The notes beneath the pieces are model-generated. The model worked only from the letters and a program-made list of their open reading frames with translations, searched no databases and was not told the DNA's origin. Position numbers and translations under genes: made by a program. Shown here in pieces: positions 8,754 through 15,480 of a stretch of 64,000 nt of DNA. The stretch's first letter is position 1. Every line of letters begins with the position of its first letter. Origin of the DNA: a virus (taxonomy: Duplodnaviria; Caudoviricetes). The stretch lies in IMG/VR virus record IMGVR_UViG_3300025389_001063. One strand, 5' to 3'.

Positions 8754-8838
8754 GCGCTTGTGGTGGAATTGGTAGACACGGCAGACTTAGAATCTGTTGC
8801 TTCACGGCGTGGGAGTTCAAGTCTCTCCAGGCGCACCA
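8754..8838 (+). tRNA. tRNA-Leu(TAG)
   Basis: Cloverleaf with variable arm, anticodon loop CTTAGAA, encoded CCA. Confidence 0.96.
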
Positions 8839-8859
8839 AAATATTGAAGGTTTAATAAA

Positions 8860-9369
8860 ATGCCGTTCAAATCAAAATTATCTAAATGTAAATTAGTTAT
8901 TACCGATGTAGATGGGGTACTTACAGATGGTAGAATCTATTATACAGAGCATGGTGAAACAATGAAGGAGTTTCATGCTCGAGATGGTTTTGGTGTTATA
9001 ATGTTACAAAAGATGGAAATTAAAACGGCAGTTATAAGTGGACTCGGTTCTGAGGCTTTACAAAAACGAGTTTCCGATTTAGGTATTGAATATAGTTTTT
9101 ATCATGTAAAAGATAAATCTGCGATATGTAAAACACTTATGGAAAATTTATCTCTTCATCCAAATGAGGTAATTTGTATTGGTGATGAAATAATAGATCT
9201 TCCAATGTTTGAAGTTTGTGGAACATCTTTTGCTGTAAATGATGCTCCAATATACATAAAAGAAAAAGCCGAAAGAGTTCTTTTTTCGAATGGTGGAAGA
9301 GGAGCGTTTCGAGAAGTAGTAGATGAGATAGTAAAAGCAAAAGGGTTGCCTTTCGAACACTTTGTTTAA
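8860..9369 (+). CDS. kdsC: 3-deoxy-D-manno-octulosonate 8-phosphate phosphatase (YrbI/KdsC, HAD family)
   Basis: ITDVDGVLTDG, F.ARDGFG, AVISG, IGDEIID and GGRGAFREVVD.I motifs. Confidence 0.88.
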   Translation: MPFKSKLSKCKLVITDVDGVLTDGRIYYTEHGETMKEFHARDGFGVIMLQKMEIKTAVISGLGSEALQKRVSDLGIEYSFYHVKDKSAICKTLMENLSLHPNEVICIGDEIIDLPMFEVCGTSFAVNDAPIYIKEKAERVLFSNGGRGAFREVVDEIVKAKGLPFEHFV

Positions 9370-9380
9370 GGGACCTTTTG

Positions 9381-9456
9381 GATCCCTTAGCTCAGTAGGT
9401 AGAGCACTCGACTTTTAATCGAGTTGTCCTGGGTTCGAATCCCAGAGGGATCACCA
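9381..9456 (+). tRNA. tRNA-Lys(TTT)
   Basis: Cloverleaf, anticodon loop CTTTTAA, encoded CCA. Confidence 0.97.
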
Positions 9457-9459
9457 TTT

Positions 9460-9485
9460 TGGGGTATCGTCTAATGGTAGGACAG
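9460..9485 (+). pseudogene. 5' fragment of a tRNA (Gln-like): acceptor 5' strand plus D-arm only
   Basis: TGGGGTA-TC-GTCTAATGGTAGGAC-AG resembles the start of bacterial tRNA-Gln (TGGGGTATCG...). It stops at the base of the anticodon stem. Confidence 0.7.
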
Positions 9486-9493
9486 TATAAATA
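9486..9493 (+). promoter_or_regulatory. T4-type late promoter
   Basis: Exact TATAAATA, 4 nt before the HNH ATG. Confidence 0.65.
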
Positions 9494-9497
9494 CTAT

Positions 9498-10037
9498 ATG
9501 TTATCCAAAAATATTGATGAAAATTTAATTAAAGAATTATTAGATAGCGGAAAGACTAATAAAGAGATTTCTTTTATTCTAGATATTTCGGCACCAACTG
9601 TTACATATTGGAGAAAGAAACTTAAAAAAGGATTATCAATAAAAAGATACAATTGGAAAGAAATACAAGAAGCACACAATAATGGATCTTCTTATTCAAA
9701 TTTAAGAAAAGAATTTGGTGTAACTAAACGGTCAATCGAAATGGCTAAGAAGAGGGGAGATTTTAGTACAAGAAAAATTCCTTGTATGGATCCGGAACAA
9801 GCAAAATTAAGAAAAAGAAATAGAAGAGAAGCATGGATGAGATATCATAGCCGAAAGAAATATCAGACTCCCGCCGACGAAGATATAAAAAAACTACAAG
9901 AATTTTATGCTAACTGTCCACCTGGATACGAAGTCGATCATATTATACCAATTTCTAAGGGAGGATTACATTCAATATCTAATTTACAATATTTAACAAA
10001 ATCTGAAAATCGTGCTAAAAGTAATAAAATAATTTAA
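9498..10037 (+). CDS. HNH homing endonuclease with N-terminal HTH-like region
   Basis: CPPGYEVDHIIPISKGGLHSISNLQYLTKSENRAKSN HNH core. N-terminal EISFILDISAPTVTYW is HTH-like. Probable ATG 9498. Confidence 0.85.
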   Translation: MLSKNIDENLIKELLDSGKTNKEISFILDISAPTVTYWRKKLKKGLSIKRYNWKEIQEAHNNGSSYSNLRKEFGVTKRSIEMAKKRGDFSTRKIPCMDPEQAKLRKRNRREAWMRYHSRKKYQTPADEDIKKLQEFYANCPPGYEVDHIIPISKGGLHSISNLQYLTKSENRAKSNKII

Positions 10038-10112
10038 TGGGGAGTGGTGCAATGGTAGTCACGTCGGACTTTGACTCCGAAAATGATCGTTCGAGTCGAT
10101 CCTCCCCAGCCA
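10038..10112 (+). tRNA. tRNA-Gln(TTG)
   Basis: Cloverleaf starting immediately after the HNH stop codon, anticodon loop CTTTGAC, encoded CCA. Confidence 0.93.
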
Positions 10113-10114
10113 AA

Positions 10115-10122
10115 TATAAATA
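10115..10122 (+). promoter_or_regulatory. T4-type late promoter
   Basis: Exact TATAAATA, 6 nt upstream of the interrupted tRNA-Gly. Confidence 0.55.
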
Positions 10123-10128
10123 CCTCAT

Positions 10129-10227
10129 GCGGGTGTAACTCAGAGGTAGAGTTCTTGCTTGCCTGAAGACATTAAGGTGTCTTGAATAAGCAAGATGTCG
10201 AGGGTTCGAATCCCTTCGCCCGCTCCA
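10129..10227 (+). tRNA. tRNA-Gly(GCC) with a 24-nt insertion (possible intron) in the anticodon loop
   Basis: GCGGGTG/CGCCCGC acceptor stem with U73 and CCA (Gly identity); intact D and T arms; stem CTTGC/GCAAG. Removing 10164-10187 restores loop TTGCCAA. Confidence 0.85.
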
Positions 10228-10238
10228 AAATCTCCAGG

Positions 10239-10266
10239 TTGACATATCTATAATAGACTGTATAGT
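10239..10266 (+). promoter_or_regulatory. Sigma70-like promoter
   Basis: TTGACA-16 nt-TATAGT with TG just upstream of the -10 element. Confidence 0.6.
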
Positions 10267-10311
10267 TATAATTGTAAGGTGAGTGAAAGACTTACTATTA
10301 TGGAGATTGAG

Positions 10312-11667
10312 ATGAGCAAGTCTAAAGACATAACGAAGACTCCGTTTGACCCTAGTGAAGGTTGGAAAAGTCGCAAAGTGCCTTTGGTTCAGGTTGCTAG
10401 AAATATTAATAAAAGATTAAAAATTAAAAAGCCAAATACTTCTTTTAATTATAAAGATGTGTTAAAATTTGATTGGGTACCTGTTAAGAAATGTATTCTT
10501 AATTATGACCGGCAGAGATATCCAGAGCCAACTCACATTGAAAAATTGTTGATTAAATGGAATATTATTTGTGCTACCCCTTTACAGGCTAGATATAGTA
10601 AAGAAGAAGATTTGTATTATATTGCAGACGGGCAACAACACGGTATTGGTTGGGTTTTGCAATATGGTGAAGATAGTCTTGTTCCAGTTTGTTATGTTGA
10701 GAGTGAAGATGAAAATATTGAATCTATTCAACTTCTTGCTCTCAATACTGATTCTGAACCTATGGCAAAGTATTTTATCCATAAGCAGAAATGTATAATG
10801 GGAGATGCTGAGTCTATTGCTCTCGAGAATACAGTCGTTAATGCCGGATGTTCAACTGGATATAACAAGAGGGCGCCTGGCGTTATTACTCTTATCAATG
10901 ACTTACTGATTGCTCAAAAGGATTATGGATTAGAAGATCTAGGAAAAGTTCTTTCTTTTATGAGGAGACATTTTCCTACTGAAAAAATTCATACTGCTAA
11001 TATGTTAGGGTTTCTTAAAGTTAAAGAACTTCTTACACTCGAACAGAAGTATAGTGATACACTGTTTGAGGATATCTTTAATGCATCTACTGATTACTTC
11101 GATGCAGGTGATGCCTTACATAACAATATTAAAAGAGAATTTGAAATTTTATATCCAACAAATTACAGAGGCATGGGAGTTAGAGAAAAAGTTGCTAGTG
11201 GAATTATTAGTATCTATGAAAAAATCGAAGGGAAAGAACTTTGTTCAAAACCCTTTAATGTAGATATGCCTTATAATAAAAATATACCTAACTACGATCC
11301 TAGCACTTATCATACTTGGAAATTATATCGTACCGTTTGTAAAACTGAGGACTTCCGTCCAGTTTGGGCTCACAAAAATGCAGATAAATGGGGGGTAGAA
11401 TACAATGACTTTCTTCCTCTTTGTCACGATACTTGTTCTTGCTGTGGTAGTGAACTTGACTATGGTTTAGGGAAAAATAATAATAATAAGTTAGATGAAA
11501 ATACTCCTTCAACTGATCATCGTATTCCTCGTAGTAAGGGAGGAACAAATGATGTAACTAATCTTCAGGTTATATGTATGAAATGTAACACATTAAAAAG
11601 TAATTCTACTCCTGATGATATTCCACGATACAAGAAGATTATCGAGATGCACGAGAGTGTCAACTAA
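10312..11667 (+). CDS. ParB/Srx-like (DUF6551-type) N-terminal domain fused to a C-terminal HNH nuclease
   Basis: NYDRQR...YYIADGQQH in the N-terminal part. CSCCG..STDHRIPRSKGGTNDVTNLQVICMKCNTLKS at the C-terminus. Track start 10279 (GTG); GGAG RBS favours ATG 10312. Confidence 0.65.
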   Translation: MSKSKDITKTPFDPSEGWKSRKVPLVQVARNINKRLKIKKPNTSFNYKDVLKFDWVPVKKCILNYDRQRYPEPTHIEKLLIKWNIICATPLQARYSKEEDLYYIADGQQHGIGWVLQYGEDSLVPVCYVESEDENIESIQLLALNTDSEPMAKYFIHKQKCIMGDAESIALENTVVNAGCSTGYNKRAPGVITLINDLLIAQKDYGLEDLGKVLSFMRRHFPTEKIHTANMLGFLKVKELLTLEQKYSDTLFEDIFNASTDYFDAGDALHNNIKREFEILYPTNYRGMGVREKVASGIISIYEKIEGKELCSKPFNVDMPYNKNIPNYDPSTYHTWKLYRTVCKTEDFRPVWAHKNADKWGVEYNDFLPLCHDTCSCCGSELDYGLGKNNNNKLDENTPSTDHRIPRSKGGTNDVTNLQVICMKCNTLKSNSTPDDIPRYKKIIEMHESVN

Positions 11668-11723
11668 AAATGTGTTAAATCTGCAACACCGTTAATAAAG
11701 ATTAACAATATGTGAAAAAACAC

Positions 11724-11753
11724 ATTGACGTTAACCATTATAACCGCTAAAGT
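11724..11753 (+). promoter_or_regulatory. Sigma70-like promoter of the omp gene
   Basis: TTGACG-17 nt-TAAAGT upstream of an AGGAG RBS. Confidence 0.5.
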
Positions 11754-11781
11754 AGAAAATGTAACAAAGAGGAGAAGTTAT

Positions 11782-12570
11782 ATGAAAAAGACAGTTACTA
11801 CTTTGCTTGCTTCGGCAGCATTAATTAGCGCAGCTCAGGCAGCCGATCTTCCAAGCAGGAAGGCACCTGTTGCTCCGCCTCCACCAGTTTTTACTTGGAC
11901 TGGTGCTTATGTAGGTGCTAATGTCGGCGGTGGATGGAAGTCCAACGGCAATGGCAACGTTTATGCTTTTAATCCAAATACATGGCAGAATGTTCTTTGG
12001 TCACGCAACGGCAATGGTAATGCTGGTGTTGTTGGAGGCATTCAGGCTGGTTATAACTACCAGATCGGTTCGATGTTTGTTGTTGGTGCTGAAACTGACT
12101 TTCAAGGCTCAACAATCAGCGGCGGTTCAAATAGTGCTTATAACGTAGCAGCCGTTAACGCAGTTTACCCAGGTTGGGTTGCTGGATATACAGGCGGTAA
12201 CAACCTTAATTGGTTTGGTACTGTTCGTGGTAGAGTTGGTGTTGTTCCGCTAATGCCTACTTTACTTGTTTATGGTACAGGTGGTTTTGCTTACGGCAAC
12301 GTTTCAAGCAATGGTACATATGGTTCACAGAATGCTACACAGACGGGCTGGACAGCCGGCGGCGGCGTCGAGTGGGCTTTTGCTCCTGCTTGGTCCGTTA
12401 AGGCAGAATACCTCTACACAGATATTAGCGGTGGCAATCAGAACAAATTGTTTAACAGTCCTGCTTCTTTAAACAATGTTAATAACAGCACAAAGTTCAA
12501 TACAGTACGTGCTGGTGTTAACTATCACTTTAATGCAAGTGATGTTCTTCCAGTACTTGCTAAGTACTGA
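11782..12570 (+). CDS. Omp25/RopB/Omp31-type outer-membrane beta-barrel protein
   Basis: Signal peptide, then AADLPSRKAPVAPPPPVFTWTGAYVGANVGGGW, GGIQAGYNYQ, GTVRGRVG, GWTAGGGVEWAF, SVKAEYLY and VRAGVNYHF...LAKY. ATG 11782 with AGGAG RBS. Confidence 0.9.
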   Translation: MKKTVTTLLASAALISAAQAADLPSRKAPVAPPPPVFTWTGAYVGANVGGGWKSNGNGNVYAFNPNTWQNVLWSRNGNGNAGVVGGIQAGYNYQIGSMFVVGAETDFQGSTISGGSNSAYNVAAVNAVYPGWVAGYTGGNNLNWFGTVRGRVGVVPLMPTLLVYGTGGFAYGNVSSNGTYGSQNATQTGWTAGGGVEWAFAPAWSVKAEYLYTDISGGNQNKLFNSPASLNNVNNSTKFNTVRAGVNYHFNASDVLPVLAKY

Positions 12571-12578
12571 GTTAAAAA

Positions 12579-12600
12579 GAGTAGCCCTACGGGGCTACTC
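12579..12600 (+). terminator. Terminator-like hairpin
   Basis: GAGTAGCCC-TACG-GGGCTACTC, a 9-bp stem. A-tract upstream, weak T-tract downstream. Confidence 0.6.
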
Positions 12601-12615
12601 ACTTAAATATTCCGC

Positions 12616-12690
12616 GGGCGGTTGGCACAGTGGAAGCGCATCTGGTTTACACCCAGAGGGTCGGGAGTTCGAACCTCTCACCGCCCACCA
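12616..12690 (+). tRNA. tRNA-Val(TAC)
   Basis: Cloverleaf, anticodon loop TTTACAC, encoded CCA. Confidence 0.95.
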
Positions 12691-12704
12691 TAACTAAATA
12701 CAAT

Positions 12705-13094
12705 ATGAGAGAATTAAGAAAACTTGCCCAACTAGTTGAGGCTAACAGCGGATCAATGCAACAAGATGTTGCTGCGGCTATTCCAGCACTCTATGTTGTA
12801 CCATCTTTAACAAACGGAAATCCTTATTATCAATACAGAGTGGGATTGGCATTTGCTGCTGCTCGTGCTAACGAACAAGGATTAGTTCCCGAAGTAGATA
12901 AATCTAGTGTGTATGGAGAAAATATGGTTCTCGTGGCAGATACCGAAGAAGAACGAAGAACTCTCGAACTAGCATTTAAAATGATGGGTGTTACCGATGC
13001 TAAAATGATCACAACTTCTACTAGCGATGAGGCAAAAGATGTTTCTAAAGTTAGTCCGGTTGCTAAATTTGTTCCAACTAAACGCCCTAGGTAA
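12705..13094 (+). CDS. Hypothetical protein, possibly virion-internal
   Basis: ATG 12705, 4 nt after TAAATA; begins MRELRKLAQLVE. Confidence 0.7.
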   Translation: MRELRKLAQLVEANSGSMQQDVAAAIPALYVVPSLTNGNPYYQYRVGLAFAAARANEQGLVPEVDKSSVYGENMVLVADTEEERRTLELAFKMMGVTDAKMITTSTSDEAKDVSKVSPVAKFVPTKRPR

Positions 13095-13102
13095 ATAGGT
13101 TT

Positions 13103-13642
13103 ATGAACCTCAAAGATGAAGATTGTTTTTATCCCATAAACGGAGACACTTCAGTTGTTGAAAATTATTGTAAAAATAATTTCAATAATTTTGATTTTGT
13201 ATGTCCTAACGAAAATTTCAATGTTTGGAAATGTTATCATTTTAAATATGATGAGGTTAGAAAATTAATTAGTAGTGATCCAACACTTTCAAAAATCGAT
13301 CAAGTACTAGAAATTTCTCATTGTTTTGTTATGGAAATTTCTAAAAATTCTTGGGTTGGGTGGCATTTTGATTACCCTAGGAAGGGACCAGCATTAAACT
13401 TATTATTAACACCTGATGCAAGAAGTTTTTCTTTATTCACCGATACACTTTATGATATGTCAAATATTGTTGAATGTAAATATCAACCACATCAATACCT
13501 TTTATATAATACAGATTTAATTCATTCTATTGTAAACTTTGATCAACCAAGATATCTATTTTCTGCTCTCTTTAAACGAGGAAAAGAAAATCTAGTTTGG
13601 CAAGAAGCTATAATGTTACTAGATAATATAAAATATGATTAA
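13103..13642 (+). CDS. Cupin/2OG-Fe(II)-like (double-stranded beta-helix) protein
   Basis: WVGWHFD...ALNLLL...LLYNTDLIHSIVN...RYLFS (HxD...H). Confidence 0.55.
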   Translation: MNLKDEDCFYPINGDTSVVENYCKNNFNNFDFVCPNENFNVWKCYHFKYDEVRKLISSDPTLSKIDQVLEISHCFVMEISKNSWVGWHFDYPRKGPALNLLLTPDARSFSLFTDTLYDMSNIVECKYQPHQYLLYNTDLIHSIVNFDQPRYLFSALFKRGKENLVWQEAIMLLDNIKYD

Positions 13643-14147
13643 TCAACGAGATTGTTTTTACAAACTTACTACAGATACAAAAAATATTACAGATTATTTT
13701 AAAAATAATTTTAATAATTTAAATTGGCACGAGCATGAATCACTTTGGAATTTATCGTTTGTACCATTAGAAACTTTATTAGAAAATAAAACACTTGCAA
13801 AAATTCACAAACAATTCGAAATAGAAGGTGCTGGATTTATAAAAATGGATCCAGAACAATGTTATAAATGGCACGTAGACTATAGTAGAGGACCTGCTAT
13901 TAATATGCAAATGAATCCAGAAATTCAAAGTCTTTGTTTATTTGAAACAGAAGAATTAAACAAAGAAAGAATAAGATATCTCGAATTAAAATATCAACTA
14001 GATACTTTTTATCTATTCAATACTCAAATTAATCATACCATTATAACTTTTTCTGAAACAAGATATTTGTTTACACTACAATTTAAAAAAACAAAAGAAG
14101 AACTTTCCTATTATGATGTCCTAAAATTTTGGACCGACTTGACATAA
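13635..14147 (+). CDS. Cupin/2OG-Fe(II)-like protein, paralogue of the preceding gene
   Basis: CYKWHVD...GPAINMQM...YLFNTQINHTII...RYLFTL. Confidence 0.55.
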   Translation: MINQRDCFYKLTTDTKNITDYFKNNFNNLNWHEHESLWNLSFVPLETLLENKTLAKIHKQFEIEGAGFIKMDPEQCYKWHVDYSRGPAINMQMNPEIQSLCLFETEELNKERIRYLELKYQLDTFYLFNTQINHTIITFSETRYLFTLQFKKTKEELSYYDVLKFWTDLT

Positions 14148-14166
14148 TTTGTAACTAGTGTATACT
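14139..14166 (+). promoter_or_regulatory. Sigma70-like promoter
   Basis: TTGACA-16 nt-TATACT with TG extension. Confidence 0.6.
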
Positions 14167-14188
14167 GTTACAGTAATAGGAGAGACGC

Positions 14189-15430
14189 ATGGCAAGAGCA
14201 GCAACTAAAAAAAGTTCGGGTGGTAAAATTAATTTGGCTCCGAGAGCCAAAAAGAAAAAGGTTACTCGAAACCCTCTCTTTATGGATGAAAAATATACAG
14301 GTCCAGAACCAGAATGGGATGGGTGGGAATCTTGGTCATTTGAAAAATTCAAAAAGGTTCGTCACTGGGGCTACTTCTATTACAACTACTTTAGCAATGC
14401 TAAAGAAATGATTCCACAAATCACAAAATGGATGGGAGAAAATGGATATTCAAAAGACGATATCAAAGCGTTCAAGACTGCTCCAGATCATCGCTGTTCC
14501 GTTACAATGGGATCCGCTGCTAGTATGCTACTCCGCGGCATGCCTGCTAATCATCCTGAAGATTCTGATAATGATACAGCATCTTGGTTAAAGAATAAAA
14601 TTACTCCTATTATCGAAGAAGGACAAGAAATCTTAAAAACACAGAAATCAGAAGAAAAGGTAGGAGGCTATGTTCCTTCGATTCAAGAACGTATCCGTGA
14701 GGCTACTTATACTCACATGGAAGATATTATTGACTGGTTGGAGACTTGGTTGGTTGATCCTACAAAGTTTGATTCAAAAGAAATGAACATAATCAACTAC
14801 TTTAAAGGTAAAGAAATTAACCAATCTCATGCTCGTATTATTCGAGATTTTTACGAACCTATACATAAAGAATTTACACTACTTGTTAATCCTCCAAAAA
14901 TTAAAGATGAGGAGTATGCTCAATTAGTAGAAGGTTATCGTGTTTATACAAAGCCTCAGTTAAAAAGTATGTTAGAGGCACTTGAGTCTATTATGAGTGC
15001 TACTAATATGTTCTTACAACAGGCTAAAGTTAACCGCAAGCCTCGTGCTAAAAAGTCTCCTAGTAAGGAAAAACTTGTTAGCAAACTCAAATTTAAGACA
15101 CATGACGATCGTTATAAACTTGTCAGCATTAAACCTGAAGAAGCAGCACAGGCTCTTGAACTTTGGGTATTTAATACAAAAACCCGTAAATTAGGGGTAT
15201 ATGTAGCAAGTGACGCTGCGGCACTTAGCGTTAAAGGTACAACTATAATTAACTTCAATGAGCAGAAGAGTATTGCTAAGACACTCCGCAAGCCCGAAGA
15301 ACAGTTGAAAGATGTTAATAAACTGCCAAAGACTAAGTTACGTAAACTATTTGATGATGTGAATAGCGTAGAAACTAAGATGAACGGACGTATAAACGCA
15401 GATGTAATCTTGCTCAAAAGTTATACTTAA
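14189..15430 (+). CDS. Hypothetical protein (413 aa)
   Basis: Long ORF with GGAGA RBS. No function recognised. Confidence 0.8.
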   Translation: MARAATKKSSGGKINLAPRAKKKKVTRNPLFMDEKYTGPEPEWDGWESWSFEKFKKVRHWGYFYYNYFSNAKEMIPQITKWMGENGYSKDDIKAFKTAPDHRCSVTMGSAASMLLRGMPANHPEDSDNDTASWLKNKITPIIEEGQEILKTQKSEEKVGGYVPSIQERIREATYTHMEDIIDWLETWLVDPTKFDSKEMNIINYFKGKEINQSHARIIRDFYEPIHKEFTLLVNPPKIKDEEYAQLVEGYRVYTKPQLKSMLEALESIMSATNMFLQQAKVNRKPRAKKSPSKEKLVSKLKFKTHDDRYKLVSIKPEEAAQALELWVFNTKTRKLGVYVASDAAALSVKGTTIINFNEQKSIAKTLRKPEEQLKDVNKLPKTKLRKLFDDVNSVETKMNGRINADVILLKSYT

Positions 15431-15438
15431 CCCCACTA

Positions 15439-15480
15439 AAGGGCATGATAAATATTGTTAACGATAGGAATCATGCCCTT
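15439..15480 (+). promoter_or_regulatory. Late promoter (ATAAATA 15448-15454) inside an AUG-occluding inverted repeat
   Basis: AAGGGCATGAT (15439-15449) is the exact reverse complement of ATCATGCCCTT (15470-15480), which contains ATG 15473. Confidence 0.75.

Noticed and set aside
5240-8760. Possible CRISPR array or repeat array in the small-ORF region
   Set aside because: No regularly spaced direct repeats were found; the space is filled by short ORFs with RBSs.
8754-8838. tRNA with TAG in the anticodon as a possible amber suppressor or sign of genetic-code reassignment
   Set aside because: Anticodon TAG reads CUA (Leu); an amber suppressor would need CTA. Long ORFs are intact in code 11 and end in TAA, TGA or TAG.
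9459-9497. N-terminal extension of the HNH ORF given by the track (MGYRLMVGQYKYY)
   Set aside because: It is the translated tRNA fragment and late promoter; ATG 9498 is the more plausible start.
10150-10195. Strict archaeal bulge-helix-bulge motif at the tRNA-Gly insert
   Set aside because: Only two of the four central base pairs form in the canonical register, so canonical EndA-type splicing cannot be claimed.
10015-10245. Minus-strand ORF MSTWRFWSGRRDSNPR...
   Set aside because: It is the antisense of tRNA-Gly and tRNA-Gln; GRRDSNP is the typical reverse translation of a tRNA T-arm.
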